Origin: Hyalangium minutum
GTDB taxonomy: Bacteria > Myxococcota > Myxococcia > Myxococcales > Myxococcaceae
DNA length: 248,000 nucleotides
NCBI RefSeq assembly: GCF_000737315.1
Contig: NZ_JMCB01000006.1
Span: 764,001-1,012,000 of the forward strand
Direction of reading: 5' to 3'
This document shows, piece by piece, positions 10,664 to 20,120 of this stretch. A program made the translations under genes and the position numbers. Under the pieces are notes generated by a model. It saw nothing but the letters and a program-made list of their open reading frames with translations. It did not search any database and was not told the origin of the DNA. The stretch's first letter is position 1. Each line of letters begins with the position of its first letter.

Positions 10664-12184
10664 CTACTTCTTCCCAGCCGCACCCGGAGCCGGAGTTCCG
10701 CTGCCCGCCACATCCATCGGCGTAATCTTGCCGAGGTTCAGCGGTGCCACCTGCTGCTGGATGATGTCCGGATCCCCCACGAGGATGATCTGCATGGCGG
10801 CCGGGTTGAGGTAGGCCTCGGCGACGCGCTGCACCTCGGCGGGGGTGGCCTTCTCCAGGCCATCCACCTGCTTGCGGAACTCATCCATCGGCCGGCGCTT
10901 GAGGAACAGCTGGGCCGCGTTCAGCCCCACGCCCTCCACCGTCTCGAAGATGCCGGGGTAGGAGCGGATGAGCCCCTCGCGAGCGGCCTCCAGCTCCTTG
11001 GAGGAGATGGGCCGCGACTTGATGTCGGTCAGCTCGCGGACGAACTCGGCGAGCGCGGGGCCGGTAACATTGGCGCGCACCTGGGAGTAGGCGGTGAGCG
11101 GTCCCACGCCCAGCCGCGCGTCGGAGCTGGCGCCTGCGCCGTAGGTGTAGCCCTTGGCCTCGCGCAGGTTCATGTTGAGCCGGCTGCCGAAGAACCCACC
11201 GAACACGGTGGTGGCCAGGTCCAGCGGGTACTCGTCCGAGTGGCCTACGGCGACGCCGGGGCGGCCCACCAGGATGAAGGTCTGCTCCAGACCGGGCTTG
11301 TAGACCACGCGCAGGGCCTCGCGAGGCGGCGCGGCGGGAGCGGCCGGAGCCGGGGCGGCCACGGCGTCACCCTTCCAGTCGCCGAAGTACTTCTTCGCCC
11401 ACTCCACGGCCTGCTGCTGGGTGACGTCTCCCACCACCACGAGCGCCGAGGCCTTGGGGCCCACGTTCTTCTGGTAGAAGCGCTTCACGTCCTGCAGGGT
11501 GAGCTTGTCCACCGTGGCGGGCACGCCCGAGCCCGGGTGCCCATAGGGGTGCGCCGAGCCGAACACGGCCTCCAGGTACGCCTGCTGCCCCAGGAAGAAC
11601 GGGGTGCCGAGCCGCCGCACCAGGTCCGCGAGCTGCTGCTTCTTGCGCCGGTCAAAGTCCTTCTGCGCGAAGGTGGGCCGGCGCGCCACGTCCGCCAGCA
11701 GCGCCAGGGCCTTGTCCGCGTTGCGCGACAGCACGCGCACGCCCACGGTGGCCCCATCCGGCTCCACGCGCGTGGCGGGGGACACGCCGAGGTCCGCGAA
11801 GGCGTTGTCCAGGGTGACGGTGTCCTTCCCGCCCGCGCCCTCCAGCAACATCTTATAGGTGAGGTCCGCCAGGCCGCCCTGCCCCGCGGGGTCCTGCGCG
11901 GTGCCGTTGGCGAAGGACACGCCGATGAACACGAGCGGCAGGTCGCGGCGCGAGTTCACGATGACCGTCATCCCGTTATCGAGCTTCTCCTGCTCGAAGG
12001 TGGGCAGCACCAGGTCCGGCGACTTGCCCGGCGTGGGCATCTTCGCGCGGAAGGCCTCGGCGTCGGCCTTGGGGGCCTCGGCCTGGGGAGCCGGAGTGGA
12101 GTCCTTCGTGGGCTCCGGCTGCGGAGTGGTGGCGCACGCGGCCAGCGCGAGGACGGAGAGTGCGAGGAAGAGGCGGCGCATCAC
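10664..12184 (-). CDS. M16 zinc peptidase, non-catalytic subunit (lipoprotein)
   Basis: Lipobox LAAC, SRLNMNLREAKGYTYG, no HxxEH. Confidence 0.85.
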   Translation of the reverse strand: MMRRLFLALSVLALAACATTPQPEPTKDSTPAPQAEAPKADAEAFRAKMPTPGKSPDLVLPTFEQEKLDNGMTVIVNSRRDLPLVFIGVSFANGTAQDPAGQGGLADLTYKMLLEGAGGKDTVTLDNAFADLGVSPATRVEPDGATVGVRVLSRNADKALALLADVARRPTFAQKDFDRRKKQQLADLVRRLGTPFFLGQQAYLEAVFGSAHPYGHPGSGVPATVDKLTLQDVKRFYQKNVGPKASALVVVGDVTQQQAVEWAKKYFGDWKGDAVAAPAPAAPAAPPREALRVVYKPGLEQTFILVGRPGVAVGHSDEYPLDLATTVFGGFFGSRLNMNLREAKGYTYGAGASSDARLGVGPLTAYSQVRANVTGPALAEFVRELTDIKSRPISSKELEAAREGLIRSYPGIFETVEGVGLNAAQLFLKRRPMDEFRKQVDGLEKATPAEVQRVAEAYLNPAAMQIILVGDPDIIQQQVAPLNLGKITPMDVAGSGTPAPGAAGKK

Positions 12185-13581
12185 TTGTTCTCCTTCGGAG
12201 CGGTGGGGGCCTGCTGATCCGGCACGGCGTGCAGCACGATGCGCGCGTCCGGACGCAGCTGCTCGTTGACGTAGCGCTTCACGGCGTCCGGCGTCACGGT
12301 CTGGTAGCGCGCCAAATCCTGCGCCAGGTAGCTCGGCTCGCCGACGAAGTGGTTGTAGTTCTGCAGCGCGTCCGCCTTGCCGCCGAAGCCGCCCACGGAC
12401 TCCAGTCCGGACAGCATCCGCGTGTCATAGCGGGTCCGGGCGCGGTTGAGCTCCTCCACGGTGACGCCGTTCTTGCGGACCTCGTCCAGCACCGCGTCCA
12501 CCTCCTTCTTCAGCGTGTCCGTGGAGACGCCGGGCCGGGCCACCACCTCGATGGTGAAGACGGACTGGGAGCCGATGCTCTGCTCCGAGGCATCCACGCT
12601 CTGGGCGATCTGCTTCTCCAGCACCAGCCTCCGGTAGAGGCGGCTGGCCTTGCCGGTGGCCAGCACCGTGGCGAGCATGTCCGCGGTGGCATCGCCCTCG
12701 GTGAGGTACTCGGGGCTGTGCCAGGCCAGCGTCAGCATGGGCAGCGTGGCGATCTTCTCGTCATGGCGGATGACGGTCTCCCGCGTGAGCTTCGCCGGGG
12801 CCACCTGGGGCCGCTCCGGCTTGGCGCCGCTGGGCAGGGTGCCGAAGTACTTCTCCACCAGGGCCTTGGTCTTCGCCACGTCGAAGTCCCCGACGATGGT
12901 GAGCGTGGCGTTGGAGGGCGCGTACCACTTGCGGAAGAAGTTCTTCACGTCGTCCACGGTGGCCGCGTCCAGGTCCTCCATCGAGCCAATCACGTCCCCG
13001 TGGTACGGGTGGGGCAGCGGGAACAGGGCGTGCCAGAGCTTCTCGCGGGCCATGCCGTAGGGGGCGGCCTCGGTGCCCTGGCGGCGCTCGTTCTTCACCA
13101 CCTCCTTCTGAGTGGTGAGCTTGTCCTCGGTGAGCGTGTCCAGCAGGAAGCCCATCCGGTCGCTCTCCAGCCAGAGCGCGGTCTCCAGGTGGTTGCTGGG
13201 CACCGTCTCGAAGTAGTTGGTGCGGTCGAAGTTGGTGGTGCCGTTGAGGTCCGTGGCCCCCAGCTGCTCCAGCATGGAGATGTGCACGTCATCCGCCACG
13301 TTCTTGGAGCCCTGGAACATCATGTGCTCGAAGAGGTGGGCGAAGCCGGTGCGGCCGGCCGTCTCGTGGTAGGCGCCCACGTGGTACCAGATGTTGACGG
13401 CGACAATGGGCAGCTTCCGGTCCACGGAGAGGATGACCTCCAGGCCGTTCTTCAGCTTGTACTTCTCGTAGGGGATGGCGAGCGACTCGCGGCCGGGCTC
13501 CAGCGGCTTCGCCTCCTGGGCGAGCGCGGGCAGACCGAGCGCGAGGACGAGCGTGGCGACGAGGGCTTTCATGAGTGGCAT
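12181..13581 (-). CDS. M16 zinc peptidase, catalytic subunit
   Basis: GFAHLFEHMMF (HxxEH), VVKNERRQ. Confidence 0.9.
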   Translation of the reverse strand: MPLMKALVATLVLALGLPALAQEAKPLEPGRESLAIPYEKYKLKNGLEVILSVDRKLPIVAVNIWYHVGAYHETAGRTGFAHLFEHMMFQGSKNVADDVHISMLEQLGATDLNGTTNFDRTNYFETVPSNHLETALWLESDRMGFLLDTLTEDKLTTQKEVVKNERRQGTEAAPYGMAREKLWHALFPLPHPYHGDVIGSMEDLDAATVDDVKNFFRKWYAPSNATLTIVGDFDVAKTKALVEKYFGTLPSGAKPERPQVAPAKLTRETVIRHDEKIATLPMLTLAWHSPEYLTEGDATADMLATVLATGKASRLYRRLVLEKQIAQSVDASEQSIGSQSVFTIEVVARPGVSTDTLKKEVDAVLDEVRKNGVTVEELNRARTRYDTRMLSGLESVGGFGGKADALQNYNHFVGEPSYLAQDLARYQTVTPDAVKRYVNEQLRPDARIVLHAVPDQQAPTAPKENK

Positions 13582-13614
13582 GAGCCTCCTTGGGCTGGGC
13601 GGTGCGCTTAGCAC

Positions 13615-14472
13615 GTGCCCACCTCAGGGTGGGGGAGGAAGTGTGCGACACTGGAACGCGTGTCGACTGCTGACATTCCCTTGGGGCCTGCCGTCCCGGC
13701 CCGCTGCGCCGCGCACCCGGAGGTAGAGGCCACTGGCACCTGTGCTCGCTGCGGCACCTTCTTCTGCGCGGGCTGTGTGCGGCAGGTGTTCGGCAAGGCG
13801 TGGTGCGCCACGTGCGCGGCCCGGCCCGAGGTGCACTACCTGGAGGACTTCCGGGCCAAGCTCTGGGGCAAGAGGGATGGCTCGGCGTGGATGGCCCTGG
13901 TGGTGGGCGTCGGCTTCGGGGTGGCGGCGCTCGCGAGGCTCCTGCAGCCTGGGCTGCCGGTAGTTCCCACGGTGGCGTTCCTGGTGTGCATGGCGGCGGG
14001 CGTGTGCTTCTTCCTCGGCCTGAGGTGGGCGCGCGAGGCGTTCATCGCGGTGCCGGTGCTCTTCGGCCTGGCCTGCGTGCTGCGGCGCTCCGAGGGCATT
14101 GGCGCCTTCCTCATGTTCCTGGGCGTGGCGTCCCTGCCCGTCTACTTCGACACGCGCAACCAGCTGTTCTTCCGGCGGCCGGTGTCCCGCAAGCGGCTGG
14201 AGCGGCTCTGGCACGTCCGGGAGAACAACCCGATGGCGCGCCGGGCGCTGAGCCTGGGCGCGGGGGCCCTCTTGCTGCCGGTGCTGGCCCCATTGGCGGT
14301 CATCTGCGGAGTGGTGGGGCTGCGGCGGGTGGATCCGGGGGCCGTGCCTCCCGTGGGGCGCAAGGCCGACGCCATCGCGGCGATCGTGCTGGGCGTGCTC
14401 GTGATGGGAGTGTGGGCCGCGATTCTGGTGCCCCTCGTCAGCGCGAAGGTGGGCCTCTCTCTGGGGAAATGA
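13615..14472 (+). CDS. Membrane protein with N-terminal B-box-like Cys/His motif and DUF4190-like C-terminus
   Basis: CAAHP..CARCG..C..C then several TM helices. Confidence 0.6.
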   Translation: MPTSGWGRKCATLERVSTADIPLGPAVPARCAAHPEVEATGTCARCGTFFCAGCVRQVFGKAWCATCAARPEVHYLEDFRAKLWGKRDGSAWMALVVGVGFGVAALARLLQPGLPVVPTVAFLVCMAAGVCFFLGLRWAREAFIAVPVLFGLACVLRRSEGIGAFLMFLGVASLPVYFDTRNQLFFRRPVSRKRLERLWHVRENNPMARRALSLGAGALLLPVLAPLAVICGVVGLRRVDPGAVPPVGRKADAIAAIVLGVLVMGVWAAILVPLVSAKVGLSLGK

Positions 14473-14938
14473 GGGCGCGGCCCGCCAAAAAATCAGCAGC
14501 CGTGATGCTCTCCGGGGGCTGCAAGAGCATCACGACTGCTGGAGACCGTGGTCGAGTCCAGGCAAAGGTGTCGGGGTCCCGTACCTGGAGGCAAAACACC
14601 CACGGCTGACTGCGAAACCATCCCCCTGTGTGTGCAGGGCTCCACAAGACTTGATGTTGCGACTCACCCGGTCCTTGGGATCTCTGCACTGCCCTTCTGG
14701 GCGAACCAAGCGTCCGTTTCTGGGAAAAAGACCCGCCAACCACTTTAGCGGCCACCAAGGCCGGGGGGTGAGATGGAAGCGCAGAAGTGCCGCCACGGGA
14801 ATTCCGCCCTGAATTCAAGGTTTTAGGCGAGCTGAGTGGCTCAGGAGATACCGGAGTGGGGCCCGCGCTACAGGCCAGAACGTGTCTGTATGCTTGTCGG
14901 GATCCTGTGGAGAACTTGTGGTTTCGGGAGGAGCGCCC

Positions 14939-15454
14939 ATGAGCCTGGTTCGAGCTGCGGTTGCCGCGGTGGTGCTGCTGTCCACGTCCGCGCTGGCGGA
15001 GTCGCCGAGGGAGGCCAAGCGCATCAGCATCGATGTGGTGCGTGCGGACATCCATGACGTGCTGCGGCTGCTGGCGGAGAAGGGCGGCCTCAACGTGGTG
15101 GTGGCGGACGAGGTGCAGGGCAAGGTGACGCTGCGGTTGAGGGACGTGCCGTGGTGGCAGGCGCTGGACACGGTGCTGGCCTCGCGCGGACTGGGCCACG
15201 AGCTGAAGGGCAACGTGATGCGCGTGGCGCCAATGAAGCAGCTGGCCGAGGAGTCCGAGACGCGCGCGAAGCTGAAGCAGGCGCGCGAGCAGGAAGCTCC
15301 GCTGCGCACGTACTTCATCCCGGTGAGCTACGCGCGGGCGGCGGAGCTGCTGCCGCAGGTGCAGGCGCAGCTGTCTCCGCGCGGGAGGGCGAGCGTGGAT
15401 GCTCGCACCAACACCCTCATCGTGACGGACGTGGGTCCGGTGACGCTGCCGTAG
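14939..15454 (+). CDS. Stand-alone secretin (PilQ-like) N-terminal domain protein
   Basis: ADIHDVLRLLA, VQGKVTLRL, DARTNTLIV; no secretin barrel. Confidence 0.8.
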   Translation: MSLVRAAVAAVVLLSTSALAESPREAKRISIDVVRADIHDVLRLLAEKGGLNVVVADEVQGKVTLRLRDVPWWQALDTVLASRGLGHELKGNVMRVAPMKQLAEESETRAKLKQAREQEAPLRTYFIPVSYARAAELLPQVQAQLSPRGRASVDARTNTLIVTDVGPVTLP

Positions 15455-15533
15455 CTCCGTTCACCGCGTGCGTCGGGTTCGGTACTCTCGAAGGTTGGCC
15501 CCCTGTCTCCCATCCTGCTAGGTTGGGTGGGCT

Positions 15534-16466
15534 ATGCACGACATCCTGCCTTCCCGGCTCGTCCTGCTTGCCGTGCTCGTGTCCTCAGGGGCTCTGGCCA
15601 GCGACTCGCACGAGAAGATCGTCATCCGAAACGACATGGTTTCGGACCATCCCGGCGTCTCTACGAGCAGCGTCTACGTGTCCGGGCAGATCGCGACCGT
15701 CCTCCGCTTCGAGAAGGACGTTGATCCGGCGCAGACGAAGTTGCTGGGGTGGGAAGGGCGGTTCGAGCCCCTGGTGGTGGGGGGCAAGACGGTGGTCATC
15801 GTGCCGATCCGGAATCTCGACCGCGATGAGGTAGTCCCCCTGCTCATTACGCTCGTGGACGGAACCGAGTTCCCGTTCATCGTGAAGCCCAAGAGCTTTG
15901 AGGAATGGGGGTGGACCGACCATCAAGTCAACGTGTTCAAGAGTCCCGACAGTTACAAGGCGGTGCTCGCATCCCTGAACGACTCGCTCAAGCGAGAGCG
16001 GGACCTGCGGGAGAAGGTCGAGCGGTTCAAGGAAGAAGAGAACTCCGTCGATCACGCCTACGCGACACTGCTCGCAAACGGCCAGGTGAAGAAGACGCCA
16101 TTTAGCCGCAGGTTGGTCTACCGCCCGAAGAACGAGGACATGGACATCGTGGTCGAGGTTTTCTCGGGACCGGGTAAAGCGGCAGCCATCGTCACCCTGA
16201 CGAACACCTACTACGGCGACGACTGGAAGTTCGAGCGTGCCTACCTGACGCGCGACTTTACGAGCTTCACGGTTCGGCCCTTCGCGCTTCGCATGGACCG
16301 CGCCACGCTCGTCCCTGGCCAGACTGGAACAATCGCGGTGGTCGTGGACCAGAGCGCCTTCGAGACGAAGAACGGGGACGTGACGGATCTCGCCCTCCAG
16401 ATCTTCCGTGGGGATGGTCTGATCCAGGTGGCCGTGGCGCTGGAAGCCTCGCTCATTCGCCGGTAG
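15534..16466 (+). CDS. DUF2381 family protein (myxobacterial)
   Basis: Signal peptide, ATVLRFEKDVDP, paralog at 63979-64875. Confidence 0.75.
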   Translation: MHDILPSRLVLLAVLVSSGALASDSHEKIVIRNDMVSDHPGVSTSSVYVSGQIATVLRFEKDVDPAQTKLLGWEGRFEPLVVGGKTVVIVPIRNLDRDEVVPLLITLVDGTEFPFIVKPKSFEEWGWTDHQVNVFKSPDSYKAVLASLNDSLKRERDLREKVERFKEEENSVDHAYATLLANGQVKKTPFSRRLVYRPKNEDMDIVVEVFSGPGKAAAIVTLTNTYYGDDWKFERAYLTRDFTSFTVRPFALRMDRATLVPGQTGTIAVVVDQSAFETKNGDVTDLALQIFRGDGLIQVAVALEASLIRR

Positions 16467-16477
16467 AACCGCCGCTC

Positions 16478-16969
16478 ATGTCCACCATCAAAGCCCTCGT
16501 GCTCGGCCCTGTCGTCCTACTCGCTACGTCTCCGGGCTGCATCACAACGGGCGGCGTGTCGCTGCGCCCGGATGGCACTCCAGGCCCGGAGGAATGTCCT
16601 CCGAAGGCACTCGAAGTCATGCGGTACCTGAGACTGCATGTGGGGGAAAGCGCGTTGGTGGATCTCGACGCGAACCAGATCGGAAGTCGGCGTGTCACAC
16701 TCTACGACGGCCCCATCGAGAGCGTCCTGCGAGAGGACTTTGGCACGCTGGAGGGGCCTGCTCGCTTATACGGGCGGGTCTGGACTGCTGGCCCACAGGT
16801 CGTCATCCGCTATTACGCGGCCCACCCCATGGACGGCGACAAGGTTCCCATCTGCGCGGTTGCCCGCCTGGGCGATGACCAGATGAGGAAGCTCCCCGAG
16901 TCGAAGCCTGGGACGGCGATCCTCGATGGCTCCGTGGCGGCGGCCTTTGTTGTCGATGCCTTCCGGTGA
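16478..16969 (+). CDS. Lipoprotein resembling the extracellular C-terminal domain of myxobacterial Ser/Thr kinases
   Basis: Lipobox SPGC; ECPPKALEVM..VPICAV resembles the tail of kinase 64972-66951. Confidence 0.6.
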   Translation: MSTIKALVLGPVVLLATSPGCITTGGVSLRPDGTPGPEECPPKALEVMRYLRLHVGESALVDLDANQIGSRRVTLYDGPIESVLREDFGTLEGPARLYGRVWTAGPQVVIRYYAAHPMDGDKVPICAVARLGDDQMRKLPESKPGTAILDGSVAAAFVVDAFR

Positions 16970-17373
16970 GTCCCGCCCGGTTCGCTTCAGTCCGCTAAAT
17001 CACTGACCTGAAAGAATGCATGGGCTGAAATGACGGTTCCTGCCCTTCATCCATGCGTCTTTGCAAGGGGCTGCGGACGACCCGTGCGTATGGCTGCTTC
17101 GTGAGCGGCTGCGCTCTGGGAGCAGTGTGGGGCGCGTGCACTTCGAGCACTCGGGTTGAGCGCATGGAGGGTGAGAAGGACCGCGACTTCTTCAACTCTG
17201 TGCTCGTGGACGCTCTGCGCAGATGGGCTCCGCCCAGGTGCGGGATCAGTTGACGAATCTGCACGTGATTGGGGTGGCAGAGGGACAAGGGAAACGGGCG
17301 CCACCCGGCGCCTCCTCCTCTTCTCCGGGGCAGCCATCTACCCTGATCACCTCCTCGCAAGATGGGGTGACAT

Positions 17374-17460
17374 ATGCTGCCGTGGCGGATTGCCTGGAAA
17401 GCCGAAGTGTTGCTCGTCGCCAGCGCCGGGGGAACGGCCCTTGAAGGGGTTGCCGCATGA
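17374..17460 (+). CDS. 28 aa leader ORF coupled to downstream toxin (ATGA overlap)
   Basis: MLPWRIAWKAEVLLVASAGGTALEGVAA after a conserved leader motif. Confidence 0.3.
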   Translation: MLPWRIAWKAEVLLVASAGGTALEGVAA

Positions 17461-19253
17461 GGAGCCCAGCAGCGAGTCGGCCCTTGTGGTGGCATGCGGC
17501 CGTCAGCCTCATGCTGCTGGCGGCCTTGGCCGCGCCCGGGGCCCAGGCCTCTGAGAAGACGAGCCAGATGCGGGCCGTGGTGGGGGCGGGGGTCTCTCAG
17601 GGCACCGCGCTGGGCGACCCCTGGGCGCCGCGCACCTCGTACAGCGTGAGCCTATGGGGCTTGTGGGAAGCAGGCCAGGGAGTGGGGGCGCGCGTGACAT
17701 TGCTGCCCCCGGCCACCTCCGCCGGAGCGTGGGAGCTGTCCACCGACGCGGTGGCGCGCTTCACGGGCGAGGGGCCGCTGTACTTCAAGGCCCTCGGTGG
17801 AACGGCCGTCACCTCCCGCCCCTGGTGGCCTCCACGGCTGCGCGCCGGGGGCGAAGCCGGAGTGCACGCCATCCGCGGGAGCATCGGGCTGGAGGTGGGA
17901 GTTGCTGGCGTGTACTCGTTCCCGCCCTCCCGCTTCGCGCAAGGCGAAGGGGTGGTCTCCCTCGGGGTGAGCCTCCTCTTCGGCTTCGGCGCACCGTCCC
18001 GCACGCCTGCCCTGGCCCCGCCTCGGCGTGAGTGGGCGCAGCAGTCCGCCCACAGTCCGCAAGGCGCCGTGCCGCCACGTGAGCCAGGCCCCTCCTCCGA
18101 GGCGGAGCCGAGGCCGGCGGGGCTTGCGCCCGCTGCTTCGCAGGTGGCGCTCACCGCCTTCGCAGAGCGGGACGTGATTCAGCGGATTCTCCTGCTCCAG
18201 AAGCCCGGGGCCGTCCAGGCCTGGTGGAACTCGGGGCCCTGGGAGGACTTGGCTCACTGGAGCCACCCGCTGTCGGAGTGGGAGCACAAGTACGCCGAGG
18301 CCATGAGCGCGGAGACGGTGCCCGAGGCCCTCCGCATGTGGCCGCTGGTGACGCCTCAGCGCCTCACCCCCGCGCAGCGAGAGGACATGGAGCGGCGTCT
18401 GGGCACGGGAGCCGCCGCCGCCCAGGGATATGCCCACTGGGAGAACCGGCGAAGAATCGTCAAACACTACGTCATGACTCACCCAGCCACCCTCCAGGCT
18501 TTGCTGGGGGCGTATGGGCTGGCCAGAGATTCCAACCCGCTGCACTTCGCGCTGGAGCGCGGCTGGCAGATGGGCAGTGGCCAGGAGATGTTCACGGGCC
18601 AGGAGATGTCCCCGCTTGGCGCGGCCCAGGAGTTCTTCACCGCGCTGGCAGTGGGAGTGGCTGCTGGGAAGTTGATGACCGCCACGCGGCCGGTGCCCGG
18701 GTGGGGTGTCCCGGAGCCGGTGGAGCCGGTGCGCCCTGGCAAGGCGGAGGCTTCGCCCGCTCCGCCGAGAGTCACGGCACCTGCTCCAGAACCTGTTCCA
18801 AGGCCAGCACCGCCCGCTCCGGGGCCGGGTACCCTCGCGCCCTCACCCGAACTGGTCCAAGTCCTCACGGGCAAGAACCCAACGCCGCAGGTGCCCGCCG
18901 GCCCACGCCTGCGTCAGGACCTCACCGTCAAGCCGAAGGTGCCAGACCTGTTGCCACGGGGCCGTCCCATCAGCCCCAGCGCCAGGCAGAATGCGCAACT
19001 CCAGGAGGACATCAAGTACCTGGAGGACGTGCTACTCGCCGAGAACATTCGGGTGAACCAGCAGCAAGTGACGCTGGCGAACGGCCAGCGCGTGGGCATC
19101 AATCGGCCGGATCTGCAATTCGACTACAAGGGCCAGCGCTATCATGTGGAGTACGACTCACTGACTTCGGGCCGTGGCCCTGCACACCAGTCGCGCCTCA
19201 CCAACAACGACCCCAACGCCCTCATCATCCGGATCATCATCCCCGAGGAATGA
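17457..19253 (+). CDS. Putative exported polymorphic toxin with C-terminal restriction-endonuclease-fold domain
   Basis: Signal peptide, Pro-rich linker, RPDLQ..VEYD tip; paralog at 238421-240217. Confidence 0.6.
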   Translation: MRSPAASRPLWWHAAVSLMLLAALAAPGAQASEKTSQMRAVVGAGVSQGTALGDPWAPRTSYSVSLWGLWEAGQGVGARVTLLPPATSAGAWELSTDAVARFTGEGPLYFKALGGTAVTSRPWWPPRLRAGGEAGVHAIRGSIGLEVGVAGVYSFPPSRFAQGEGVVSLGVSLLFGFGAPSRTPALAPPRREWAQQSAHSPQGAVPPREPGPSSEAEPRPAGLAPAASQVALTAFAERDVIQRILLLQKPGAVQAWWNSGPWEDLAHWSHPLSEWEHKYAEAMSAETVPEALRMWPLVTPQRLTPAQREDMERRLGTGAAAAQGYAHWENRRRIVKHYVMTHPATLQALLGAYGLARDSNPLHFALERGWQMGSGQEMFTGQEMSPLGAAQEFFTALAVGVAAGKLMTATRPVPGWGVPEPVEPVRPGKAEASPAPPRVTAPAPEPVPRPAPPAPGPGTLAPSPELVQVLTGKNPTPQVPAGPRLRQDLTVKPKVPDLLPRGRPISPSARQNAQLQEDIKYLEDVLLAENIRVNQQQVTLANGQRVGINRPDLQFDYKGQRYHVEYDSLTSGRGPAHQSRLTNNDPNALIIRIIIPEE

Positions 19254-19268
19254 ATAAGGCGAGCCTGA

Positions 19269-20006
19269 ATGACGCAAGAGATGAAGGGACTGCTGCTGGA
19301 GGACCGCTGGGCGCCTGTCACCTCGACGATGGGCTTTCTGGAACTGGGGGTGGAGCAGGCGGCACAAGCCTTCGCCACGTGGCATAGAGAGGTGCTGACG
19401 CCCCGTGGCATCACCGTGGAGGTACTCCCCGTCTCGGGCACCCTGGAGCAAGTCCTCTCCAGCCTGCTGCCCCTGACCAGTGGGGAGAGGCGGCGGCACC
19501 TATTTATCCCGACGCGCAGCGCCTGGACAGCCTACGTCGCCGACCAGTGGACCGGGACGGATGCCGCCAGCCCCATGCGCTCCATGGCCCGGAGGCTGAG
19601 CATCCGGTGCCTGCGGGTGGTCACCGTGCCCCACACGCTGCGCGGGGATCGAGGCCGCTATGGCGCGGTGATGCTGGAGGTGTACGGCCCGGAGCAGCCG
19701 GGGAAGATCAGCAGTACTGTGCGCGCCCTGGCCGCTGCCAATGACGGGGGCCGCTGGGTCTTCGAGCAGGAGGGTGAGCCCTTCCCCTTCGAGCAGGTAG
19801 AGAAGTACCAGGCGCGCCGGGTGAGGGACCGGTTCACCTTGGAGATGCTCAAGGACTACCTGCGCCACCTGGGGCTGGCCCCCTTCGAAGAGGACTTCTA
19901 CCTGCCTCAGGGCTCTTGCGCGTGGCTCATCCAGAAGACGGGCCCCTTCGGCACCATCACGCGAGAATACACGCTGGAGGAGGCCCGCGCCGCCCGCGTG
20001 TTGTGA
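19269..20006 (+). CDS. Putative immunity protein
   Basis: Directly after toxin; near-identical copy at 237672-238409. Confidence 0.6.
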   Translation: MTQEMKGLLLEDRWAPVTSTMGFLELGVEQAAQAFATWHREVLTPRGITVEVLPVSGTLEQVLSSLLPLTSGERRRHLFIPTRSAWTAYVADQWTGTDAASPMRSMARRLSIRCLRVVTVPHTLRGDRGRYGAVMLEVYGPEQPGKISSTVRALAAANDGGRWVFEQEGEPFPFEQVEKYQARRVRDRFTLEMLKDYLRHLGLAPFEEDFYLPQGSCAWLIQKTGPFGTITREYTLEEARAARVL

Positions 20007-20120
20007 CGCACCCCAGTCGGAGGACTGTCTTCGCGGCGCAGGGGCTCACGGCTCCGGGGTGGGTTGGCGCGGAGCACACCGTAAAAGCTCCTTCTACCCC
20101 CGGCGAGGCGGGCTCCAGGC

